Source: Octopus bimaculoides (taxonomy: Eukaryota). From it: 52,585 bases of DNA. Below the pieces are notes generated by a model. That model did no database searches and was not told the DNA's origin. It was given only the letters and a program-made list of their open reading frames with translations. The position numbers were made by a program, and so were the translations under genes. Positions 41,978-51,979 of the stretch are shown here, piece after piece. Position 1 is the stretch's first letter, and each line of letters opens with the position of its first letter. Location of the stretch: positions 6,449,465 through 6,502,049 of the forward strand of contig NC_068984.1 in the NCBI RefSeq assembly GCF_001194135.2, given 5' to 3'.

Positions 41978-42269
41978 GCTTTGCACAGTTTTTAACGCTG
42001 GAGATGTACTATGGTGCCAACTGTTCACTACCAGTGAACTAAGGTAACACCTCTTATTTTTCGAGCACCTTCCGGAGTATTCGAGTGGTTCCAGGCAGTA
42101 CTGTTTTCTGCAAGTGCTCCACCCTTATTGCAGCCCCAATTTGTTCCATGTACTTCTCAAGATTTCTACTCACTGTTCCCAGGGCTTCGACAATTATTGT
42201 TACCACTACCACCTTTTTCATCGACCACAACTGCTTTACCTCCCAAGCTAACCTGCCATATCTATCGAC
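41978..42269 (-). mobile_element. 5'-truncated R4/Dong-like LINE 3' end embedded in (TAA)n
   Basis: AWEVKQLWSMKKVVVVTIIVEALGTVSRNLEKYMEQIGAAIRVEHLQKTVLPGTTRILRKVLEK*, a short 3' UTR, and (AAT)n arrays on both sides. Confidence 0.8.
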
Positions 42270-42312
<43 letters not shown>

Positions 42313-42893
42313 GAGAGAGAGAGAGAGCAGTGCATGCCATCAAAGTGACACTGGGGTAAAATATACGAAGCCCATTATACCCATCATGATGCTCCCCCAC
42401 TACCTCTGCTCATTTGCTCTCATTTAAATCTACCATAAATACTCCCTGTGATCGCTTGGATAGGAGACGGTAATATTTTGTTTAGATCTATATTGTGTTT
42501 ATATTGTATAGCCATCTGTGTGGCTAAGAAGTTCGCTTTGCAACCACGTGATTTTGGAGGTCCAGTCCCACTATGAGGTCAAGCGTCTTCTACCAACCAA
42601 TGCTTTAAGAATGAATCTGGCGAACAAAAACTTTGAGGAAGCTTGTCGTACATGTGTATACATGTTTGTGTGTTTGTGTTTATCTACCTCACCGTTTCAA
42701 AACCTGTGTTGGTTTGACTACGGTCACTAACTTAGTGGTTCTGCCCCAAAAAGCCCGATAGAATCAGTGCCAAACTTAAAACATGAGTACTGAGGTCGAT
42801 TTTACAGTTCTATATTTAAGAGATGAAGAATTATGTACATTATTTACATTATTTACAATTGATGGATATTTGTCCTTATCTTGATTGTTGTTA

Positions 42894-42937
42894 ACACAAC
42901 GTTTCGGCTGATATACCTTCCAGCCTTCATCAGGTGT
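42894..42937 (-). ncRNA. minimal type-I hammerhead ribozyme motif, core intact
   Basis: ACAC-CUGAUGA-A-GGCUG-(gaagguauau)-CAGCC-GAAAC-GUU-GUGU. Confidence 0.72.
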
Positions 42938-43083
42938 CTTGGGGAAATTTCGAACCTGGGTTCTCATTTCTAAGGCATTTTTCGATCATCTAGGTATTTT
43001 TCGATCTTCTTCTTCTTCTTCTTCTTCTTCTTCTTCTTCTTCTTCTTCTTCTTCTTCTTCTTCTTCTTCTTCTTCTTCTTCTT

Positions 43084-43166
<83 letters not shown>

Positions 43167-43246
43167 TCAGGTCACTGCCTGAAATGGAACTAAAAATATC
43201 GAAAAATACCTCAGGAATGAGAACCCAGGTTCGAAATTTCCCCAAG

Positions 43247-43290
43247 ACACCTGATGAAGGCTGGAGGGTATATCAGCCGAAACGTTGTGT
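43247..43290 (+). ncRNA. minimal type-I hammerhead ribozyme motif, core intact
   Basis: ACAC-CUGAUGA-A-GGCUG-(gaggguauau)-CAGCC-GAAAC-GUU-GUGU. Confidence 0.72.
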
Positions 43291-43659
43291 AAACAACTAT
43301 CCGTCAAATGTAAATAATGAGGTCGATTTGTTCGACTAAACAATTCAAAGCGAAGCCCCAGCATGGTCGCAGTCCAGTGACTGGAACAAATAAAAGATAG
43401 CTCTAGAACAGTATCACTTGTAGTATTGATTTAACTACCGAAAAATGTTCATGCGAGTCATAAACTGAAAATGATGTCATATAATGTTATACGGCATTTC
43501 CTTCGTCTATACCAGTGGTTTCCAAACATTTTCGGGCTGCCACTCCTTTGACACCCAGGCCACATTCCTAGCACCCCCACTCAACTAACCATCACATATA
43601 TAGAGCTCTTTCTGAAGCAAATCTAAAGCAACTGTATTTCACAAATAAAACTTAACCTA

Positions 43660-44499
43660 GGCGCAGGAGTGGCTGTGTGGTAAGTAGCTTGCTTACCAAC
43701 CACATAGTTCCGGGTTGAGTCCTACTGCGTGGCGCCATGGGCAAGTATCTTCTACTATAGCCTCGGGCCGACCAAAACCTTGTGAGTGGATTTGGTAGAC
43801 GGATTTGGTATATATATATATATATATATATNNNNNNNNNNNNNNNNNNNNNNNNNNNNNNNNNNNNNNNNNNNNNNNNNNNNNNNNNNNNNNNNNNNNN
43901 NNNNNNNNNNNNNNNNNNNNNNNNNNNNNNNNNNNNNNNNNNNNNNNNNNNNNNNNNNNNNNNNNNNNNNNNNNNNNNNNNNNNNNNNNNNNNNNNNNNN
44001 NNNNNNNNNNNNNNNNNNNNNNNNNNNNNNNNNNNNNNNNNNNNNNNNNNNNNNNNNNNNNNNNNNNNNNNNNNNNNNNNNNNNNNNNNNNNNNNNNNNN
44101 NNNNNNNNNNNNNNNNNNNNNNNNNNNNNNNNNNNNNNNNNNNNNNNNNNNNNNNNNNNNNNNNNNNNNNNNNNNNNNNNNNNNNNNNNNNNNNNNNNNN
44201 NNNNNNNNNNNNNNNNNNNNNNNNNNNNNNNNNNNNNNNNNNNNNNNNNNNNNNNNNNNNNNNNNNNNNNNNNNNNNNNNNNNNNNNNNNNNNNNNNNNN
44301 NNNNNNNNNNNNNNNNNNNNNNNNNNNNNNNNNNNNNNNNNNNNNNNNNNNNNNNNNNNNNNNNNNNNNNNNNNNNNNNNNNNNNNNNNNNNNNNNNNNN
44401 NNNNNNNNNNNNNNNNNNNNNNNNNNNNNNNNNNNNNNNNNNNNNNNNNNNNNNNNNNNNNNNNNNNNNNNNNNNNNNNNNNNNNNNNNNNNNNNNNNN

Positions 44500-44536
<37 letters not shown>

Positions 44537-44720
44537 TAACATCGCTTGACAACCGATGCTGGTGTGTTTACGTCCTCGTAACTTAGTGGTTCGGCAAAAG
44601 AGACTGATAGAGGAAGTACTAGGCTTACAAAGAATAAGTCATGGGGTCGATTTGCTCGACTAAAGGCGGTGCTCCAGCATGGCAACAGTCGAATGACTGA
44701 AACAAGTAAAAGAGTAAAAG
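43660..44720 (+). mobile_element. near-complete SINE family A with an internal microsatellite gap
   Basis: tRNA-like head GGCGCAGGAGTGGCTGTGTGGTAAG..GGGTTGAGTCC; gap 43832-44499 between (TA)n and (TG)n; tail AAGTAAAAGAGTAAAAG. Confidence 0.9.
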
Positions 44721-44786
44721 TGTAATGAACCCATTATTTTGTTGTTTTTACATGAATCGCTCTCCCATTTATCGCTCCACTATAAA

Positions 44787-45005
44787 AGGCGGCGATCTGG
44801 CAGAACCGTTAGCACGCTGGACGAAATGATTAGCGATATTTCGCCTGTCGCAACGGTGTGAGTTCAAATTCCTCCGAGGTTGACTTTGCCTTTCATCCTT
44901 TCGGGGTCGGTAAATTAAGTACCAGATACGCACTGGAGTCGATGTAATTAATTATTCCCCTCCTCCAACCTTCAGGTTTTGTGTCTATAGTAGAAAGAAA
45001 GGATT
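44787..45005 (+). mobile_element. tRNA-derived CORE-like SINE (family B)
   Basis: GGCGGCGATCTGGCAGAACCGTTAGC..GAGTTCAAATTCC..GACTTTGCCTTTCATCCTTTCGGGGTCGGTAAATTAAGTACCAG. Confidence 0.8.
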
Positions 45006-45099
45006 ATCGCTCCACTTTTTACATGTATCGCTACCCCATTATCACTCCACTTTTCTTCAATGCCCCCTTGGAACTTTGCGTTCGGCATAATATCTTAAA

Positions 45100-45775
45100 A
45101 CATACCTGACGCTCTGAATTCAAGTGCCCCCGAGGCCCACTTTTCGGTCATCCTTTCGGGGTCGATAAAATAGAGTGATGAACAATTTGTGTCAATGTTA
45201 TCTCCTAACCTTTTCCCCTAAAAATGGTTGGCCTTGCATCTCAATCAGAAACTATTGAAGCTCGCAGAATCATTAGTGCGCCGAACAATATGCCTTGCTG
45301 TATTTTTCCAACTCTTAATATTTTGAGTTCAAATCTTGTCGAGACTAACTTTGCCATTCATCTTTTCGGAGTTGATATAACAAAGTACCAGTTATGTATT
45401 GAGGTCGATAGTGTTGCCCAAACCCCTCTCTTCCAATTGCTGACCAAAGAGACGTGTTGGCCGAAACTTTAGCGTGTCGAACAAAATATCTTTCGATATT
45501 TTTTCCGACCCTTTACATAGCGAGTTCCAATCTTGCTGTAGTTAACTTTACTTTCAACCCTTTCAGGGTCGATAAAATAAAGTAAAATAAAGTCGAACCT
45601 TGCAATATGTTTTCCAAATCTTTTCATTCTTAGTCTAAATGCCATCGACGTCAATTTTTTCCCCTTTTTATCTTTTCGGGGTCGATATAATAAAGTATCA
45701 GTCAAGTACAAGGGTGGATGGTTTCGCTGAAACCCACTCCCATCAAAATTTCTGGCCTTGTGTCTAAATTGGAAA
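45100..45775 (+). mobile_element. four further decayed family-B SINE core fragments
   Basis: The core motif (TT)CATC(C/T)TTTCGG(G/A)GT(C/T)GATA recurs near 45160, 45360, 45560 and 45675. Confidence 0.7.
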
Positions 45776-46489
45776 TAGCTTCTATATTTAAGAGATGANN
45801 NNNNNNNNNNNNNNNNNNNNNNNNNNNNNNNNNNNNNNNNNNNNNNNNNNNNNNNNNNNNNNNNNNNNNNNNNNNNNNNNNNNNNNNNNNNNNNNNNNNN
45901 NNNNNNNNNNNNNNNNNNNNNNNNNNNNNNNNNNNNNNNNNNNNNNNNNNNNNNNNNNNNNNNNNNNNNNNNNNNNNNNNNNNNNNNNNNNNNNNNNNNN
46001 NNNNNNNNNNNNNNNNNNNNNNNNNNNNNNNNNNNNNNNNNNNNNNNNNNNNNNNNNNNNNNNNNNNNNNNNNNNNNNNNNNNNNNNNNNNNNNNNNNNN
46101 NNNNNNNNNNNNNNNNNNNNNNNNNNNNNNNNNNNNNNNNNNNNNNNNNNNNNNNNNNNNNNNNNNNNNNNNNNNNNNNNNNNNNNNNNNNNNNNNNNNN
46201 NNNNNNNNNNNNNNNNNNNNNNNNNNNNNNNNNNNNNNNNNNNNNNNNNNNNNNNNNNNNNNNNNNNNNNNNNNNNNNNNNNNNNNNNNNNNNNNNNNNN
46301 NNNNNNNNNNNNNNNNNNNNNNNNNNNNNNNNNNNNNNNNNNNNNNNNNNNNNNNNNNNNNNNNNNNNNNNNNNNNNNNNNNNNNNNNNNNNNNNNNNNN
46401 NNNNNNNNNNNNNNNNNNNNNNNNNNNNNNNNNNNNNNNNNNNNNNNNNNNNNNNNNNNNNNNNNNNNNNNNNNNNNNNNNAGGTATTC

Positions 46490-47377
46490 CTATACCTGAC
46501 CCGCCTGCTCAAGACGACTTTCGGGCCGGAACCTATGGACAACTTCTAGAGATCCCTGGCCTGGCAGTGCTACCCATTCGGGATAAGCTCTACAGGCATG
46601 GCTCGAGAAACACGGGGCCGACATGCCCGAGATGCGGACAGAACGACGAAACCATTCTGCACGCACTCGTACAATGTCCAACCATTTCTGACGTGTGGGC
46701 TTATGTCGAACGACTGCTATCGCGTGTGGGACGAGTCAGTTTATCAGCCGAGTCTATCGTGAATATTCTTGCGCCTCCTTCCTTGAAACGGGATGGAAGA
46801 TTCATTTTCATCTTACTTGTGGCTATGGCGAAAGAGTGTATATGGCGGACGCGTCTGAAAGGTCTAGAGACAAACACTTTCCTCTTTAGAGAATCTCTCA
46901 TCAACTTTTTCAAGTATCACTTGAAGAGGAAGGTAAGAGTAGAGAGGGAAGTTCTGTCCACTGAATGCTTCAAGAAAAGATAGGGGAATGTAGCAAGGAT
47001 TCCACGTGTGAATGACAGAGCCACCTTGAGCATAACACTATGAACCAGAAAAAAAAAGGAAAAAAGAGAGTCACTGTAATGTGTTTTCTGCATGACATTA
47101 TTGGCTAAGTTTACCGTGGTCTTTTCCGTAGGCTTTTCTTCCCACAGGTAAACCTAATCTATTTTCCCCTTTACACTTTACATCATGACATTTCTGTGAT
47201 ACACGATCCCTATTGATCGTTTTTTAACGATCCCTTTTGATCGAAAATCTACCACCCCCTTTATTTATTTATTTTCTATTTATTTATTTTTTTTCCCTTC
47301 CTTCTCCTCAAAAGGAAAAGCTCTACTTTGTAACTTGTTCTCTCTGTGTTCAGCCCTGTGTAGCTAATAAAGAAACA

Positions 47378-47378
<1 letters not shown>
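46490..47378 (+). pseudogene. Tx1/L1-clade LINE 3' end (zf-RVT-like CCHC domain), 3' UTR and (ATCT)n tail
   Basis: TCPRCGQNDETILHALVQCPTISDVW zinc-knuckle; upstream MDNF*RSLAWQCY lies in another frame (stop plus frameshift); AATAAA near 47366 followed by (ATCT)n. Confidence 0.85.
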
Positions 47379-47433
<55 letters not shown>

Positions 47434-48050
47434 NNNNNNNNNNNNNNNNNNNNNNNNNNNNNNNNNNNNNNNNNNNNNNNNNNNNNNNNNNNNNNNNNNN
47501 NNNNNNNNNNNNNNNNNNNNNNNNNNNNNNNNNNNNNNNNNNNNNNNNNNNNNNNNNNNNNNNNNNNNNNNNNNNNNNNNNNNNNNNNNNNNNNNNNNNN
47601 NNNNNNNNNNNNNNNNNNNNNNNNNNNNNNNNNNNNNNNNNNNNNNNNNNNNNNNNNNNNNNNNNNNNNNNNNNNNNNNNNNNNNNNNNNNNNNNNNNNN
47701 NNNNNNNNNNNNNNNNNNNNNNNNNNNNNNNNNNNNNNNNNNNNNNNNNNNNNNNNNNNNNNNNNNNNNNNNNNNNNNNNNNNNNNNNNNNNNNNNNNNN
47801 NNNNNNNNNNNNNNNNNNNNNNNNNNNNNNNNNNNNNNNNNNNNNNNNNNNNNNNNNNNNNNNNNNNNNNNNNNNNNNNNNNNNNNNNNNNNNNNNNNNN
47901 NNNNNNNNNNNNNNNNNNNNNNNNNNNNNNNNNNNNNNNNNNNNNNNNNNNNNNNNNNNNNNNNNNNNNNNNNNNNNNNNNNNNNNNNNNNNNNNNNNNN
48001 NNNNNNNNNNNNNNNNNNNNNNNNNNNNNNNNNNNNNNNNNNNNNNNNNN

Positions 48051-48338
48051 TCCACAGACACGTGTACCTTTAACGTAGTTCTCGGGGGGAGATTCAGCGT
48101 GACACAGAGTGTGACAAGGCTGGCGCTTCGAAGTACAGGTACAACAGAAACAGGAAGTAAGAGCGAGAGAAAGCTGTGGTGAAAGAGTACAGCAGGGTTC
48201 ACCACAATCCCCTGCCGGTGCCTCGTGGGGTTTTAGGTGTTTTCGTTCAATAAACACACACAACGCCCGTCTGGGAATCGAAACCGCGATCCTACGACCG
48301 TGAGTGCGCTGCCCAAACCACTGGGCTATTGCACCTCA
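48051..48338 (-). mobile_element. tRNA-derived SINE (family C)
   Basis: Minus strand has A box TAGCCCAGTGG and B box GGTTTCGATTCCC, followed by a SINE body running into the gap. Confidence 0.8.
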
Positions 48339-48348
48339 CACACATACA

Positions 48349-48381
<33 letters not shown>

Positions 48382-48531
48382 TATATGTACATATATATGC
48401 TTACAATCCTGTAAATTATAATGGTATTTTTATATAAGCTTAAAGCTTATGGCAATCACCTTGCAATGACCAAGGAAAATAGTCTAATAACGGGGCATAT
48501 AAGCCCTCAACAGATAAAAAATAAGCTTCCC

Positions 48532-48602
48532 TATCCGCGTGGGACTCGAACCCACATCTCTTTGTAACGCGACTAAGTGTGTTACCTTTACACCAGCGAA
48601 CC
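48532..48602 (-). pseudogene. tRNA-like (Gln-like 5' half) Pol III unit, left arm of an inverted pair
   Basis: D stem GTGT/ACAC, T arm GTGGG-TTCGAGT-CCCAC, partial acceptor stem, irregular anticodon arm, downstream T6. Confidence 0.6.
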
Positions 48603-48742
48603 AGCCTCCCTCCTTATAGGATTGCAAAATACGCCACCGTAAAACGAAACCATTCGCACCGAAAGCATATATAGAAAGCTTGTTTACATAAAAACAAATA
48701 CGAACTAATATAGTTCTTAAATTTGAAAGAAAGCGGGAGGTC

Positions 48743-48814
48743 AATTCGCTGGTGTAAAAGTAATACACTTAGTCGCGTTAACAAAGGGATGTGGGTTCGA
48801 GTCCCACGCTAATA
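48743..48814 (+). pseudogene. tRNA-like Pol III unit, right arm of an inverted pair
   Basis: TTCGCTGGTGTAAAAGTAATACAC..GTGGGTTCGAGTCCCAC with T6 at ~48823. Confidence 0.55.
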
Positions 48815-50025
48815 GAAAAGCGTTTTTTCTTTCGGTCGTGGGCTTATATGCCCCGTTGTTAGACTATTTTCCTTGGTCATTGCACGGTGATCGCCATAAG
48901 CTTTAAACTTATATTAAAAAAATACCATTGTTATTATTTACAGAATTATAAAATACGGCACCGTATAACAAAACCATTCGCACCGAAAGCATATATATAT
49001 ACGTATATTATGCACTTTGTACATTCATTTGTAATTAAAGATTTATTATCGAGACATTGTCAAACAAGAAGGCTAGCAGCATTTAAAGAACAGAATAAGC
49101 AATGACTACTATTATTACTTGGAGGAGATGGTTGTACTTATTGTTTGAAAACACCTGCTACAGTGACTGCAGGGTCTGGATGAGCGAGTAGCAGAAGGTT
49201 GATTCAAAGCTAGTTTTACACTGAAGTGTAATCTTGGACATTGATCTTTTTTAAAAGTTATTTGCAAAACTGCGATATTCAATTGAAGAATAATCATCGC
49301 ATTTTCTTCGAGGAATACTACTCGCAGACAATACATAATGGTTTAATTCAAACCTGGAAAACGCAGAACAAAAATATTTTCTGATTGACAATGGACGCTT
49401 TAAATGTGCTGACAATACATTGATGTTGTTTCACAACTTGTGACAAAGAATTTACTAGAGATCGATACACAGTCGTTTCCAAAAGCAGATATGACTAAAC
49501 TTCCATGAATACAGTCTAACGTTCTATTAATACCTAATTTCATTGAATACGTAGGCCTGAAAGTTTAAAATTAGCTCTGTATTCGTAGAAGTCAGATATT
49601 TAAATTAAAGAACCTGCCATTATGTAACTTGTGTCAAAGTTCTACGTCGATATTTCATAATTGAGAAATCTAATTAGCAAAACTGTTTACAATTCGACAT
49701 TATAATAACCTCAACAGTTTGTGTTTAGTTAGAGAAAGAAAGGCAGTTCTCGAGATACTGGTGGAAGATAATAAGTTATCTTCAGGCTGGAGTCTTGATC
49801 TGAATGCATACAACAGAGTGGACCCCACAAAAGGCACCCAGAGACCAGGTGGGGGTGTTAAGCCTAGTGGGATTAAGTCTTCTACCTTAGAATCCAGAAC
49901 GCAAAATGCCAGAACAAATACTATTAGAATATTGTTAGAATATCTCCGATATTCTAACAATTTCACCAATTTGTCGAGATGAAATGGTACTTTATTTTCA
50001 TCGAACCTGAAAGGAGGAAAATTGA

Positions 50026-50290
50026 AGGCGCGCGGTGGCTGAGGAGAGGGTTTCCCTCCCGATCGCTAGATCGTGGTTTCAGTTCCTGTACTAGGTGGTG
50101 TTTTGTGTTTTTGAGCAAAACTTTATTTCAAGTTATTCTAATCCACTCAGCTGTAAATGAGTATCCCTGCGAGGAACTGGTGTTCGGTCCTGGGGGAATG
50201 TTGTCACCGCAGCCATTTATGCACCATAGAAAGCAGGCAACCAGTCTTTTGAGTCCTAGAACTCGATACAGTGATGTCCAGGGGTTGGTG
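50026..50290 (+). mobile_element. decayed V-domain-like SINE ending in (AAG)n
   Basis: GGCGCGCGGTGGCT..GGTTTCAGTTCC..TGAGCAAAACTTTATTTCA..CACTCAGCTGTAAATGAGT resembles 37825-38163. Confidence 0.65.
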
Positions 50291-50490
50291 AAGAAGAAGA
50301 AGAAGAAGAAGAAGAAGAAGAAGAAGAAGAAGAAGAAGAAGAAGAATAAAATGAAGAACAGGAAAAAGAGGAAGGACAGGAAGGAGAGGAAGAACCGGAA
50401 GAAGAGGAAAAAGGATAAAAAGAAGAAGAGGAAGAAGAAGAAGAAGAGGAGAAAGAATAAGAGGGAGATGATAATGATGATGATGATGAT
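50290..50490. repeat. (AAG)n/purine-rich low-complexity tract
   Basis: Direct reading; it produces the poly-K and poly-S pseudo-ORFs. Confidence 0.95.
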
Positions 50491-50707
50491 AATAAACGGA
50501 AGAAAGGCAAAGCTAACTTCGGTGTGGTTTGAACCTAGAGCGCAGAGAACTTGAACGAATACTGCACAGCATTGTTTCCCAACACTGGAAGCTGCGTGTG
50601 GTTTTTATTAATCCTCATCTGAATATGTTCCAGCTTGTATGATCTTCAGATTTATTTTATCGAACACTAAAAACCATCCTGAGAATATCAAACCGACAGA
50701 AATTATA

Positions 50708-50739
<32 letters not shown>

Positions 50740-51371
50740 GAAGACAAAAGCTTCACAGAGTCAATAATTCACCGTTCATATTTCAACAGCTTTAGCTTTA
50801 AAACCCGATTTTTTATTATTAATTTATTGTCGTACACTTTATGTTTCAATTATTAACTACATCATATTAATAAGAAAGTAATTACAGTTTCTTTTGTTAT
50901 GTATATTATCTGGCAGATATGTTTTGTCTCGACTTTCATAACAGATATATTTTATTTCTTGGCATCGTTAGATCTCCCAGTATTGATGGAGTGATGCCAA
51001 GTGATCAGATACGAACACAGATTTTTGTGTCCTATAAGCACTCCACGCGCTCACTGAGGTGTATAGAGAGACCGTTTGCCGCATTTACTTTCATTGCCGC
51101 TGATTCTGTTGTTGTTAATTTGTCGCAGGTCAACTCATCGAAGTGACTTATGATCACTGTCTAGACGATCGATGAAACCAGTCAATTTAGCACGCACACA
51201 CACACACACACAAACACATACACATACGCATGCACATACATGCGCGCTCTTTCTCTCACACACGCACGCACACACACGCGCGCACACACACGCACGCACA
51301 TACACATGCTCTCTCTCTCACACGCACGTACACACATACACACACACACACACATAAACACACACACATAC

Positions 51372-51979
51372 ACATAGGTTGAAGTTCACTACAGCTGTTT
51401 CAGACGTGTTCCTTATTGATATGAACAAAAGCAGAAAACATCGCGTTTTCTTCAGTGAATAAAGAGTAAAATTTCCCACAAAATAAAGCATAGCATAAGT
51501 TGACCCTACCAACCAGGTTACAGCTGGGAGGGCGAGTAGCGGAAGCTGATACAGAATATATACTCATGGTGTTACATCGATGAACTCGTTCATAGGACCA
51601 GAATAAGGGAAGGAAATAGAGGAGACAAGGAAGGAGAGAAGTGGAGAGAGAAGAGAAGGGAAAAAAGTAAACAAAACAGAAATCCCATCATTTAAAGGAA
51701 TTTCCCGCCATTTCTTTTCCTTATTATGGTCCTACGAACGAGTTCATTAATCACCATGAATATGTATTCTGTAACGGCCTCCGTTCCTCACCCTCCCAGC
51801 CGTAACCTGGTTGGTAGAGTCAATTTGCGCTATGTTTTATTTTGTGAAAAATTTTAAAAGTTACATTTTACTTTTTATTCACGGTTTTATTTTCTTTGCA
51901 CGATGTAACGGTTTGCTTATCAATAATAAAAAAATAAACGAGTCTGAAACAGCTGTAGTGAACCTGAATCCATCTGTGT
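51372..51979. mobile_element. ~600-bp MITE/foldback with ~245-bp inverted arms and a purine-rich spacer
   Basis: GTTCACTACAGCTGTTTCAGAC..CTACCAACCAGGTTACAGCTGGGAGGG..ATGAACTCGTTCATAGGACC (51380-51600) mirrors 51715-51965. Confidence 0.9.

Larger units (their letters stand above)
42803..43317. mobile_element. palindromic Penelope-like non-autonomous element 2 carrying two hammerhead motifs
   Basis: Same arms and spacer as element 1, with the spacer expanded to (CTT)n(ATT)n; perfect 12-bp duplication TGAGGTCGATTT at 42791-42802 and 43318-43329. Confidence 0.8.
42512..43400 (+). mobile_element. old SINE family A copy split by hammerhead element 2
   Basis: Head 42512-42640, body to 42802, resuming at 43318 (GAGGTCGATTTGTTCGACTAAA..CCAGCATGGTCGCAGTC). 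Confidence 0.75.

Noticed and set aside
48532-48814. Functional tRNA genes
   Set aside because: Anticodon arms are irregular (8-9 nt loops, mismatched stem) and differ between the copies, so they are reported only as tRNA-like.
49719-49982. 87-aa ORF (..RVDPTKGTQRPGGG..)
   Set aside because: The alternative frame EWTPQK resembles a decayed RTE-type LINE 3' end; neither a gene nor a TE call is supportable.
49979-50554. 191-aa Lys/Arg-rich ORF
   Set aside because: It is a SINE body read into an (AAG)n tract.
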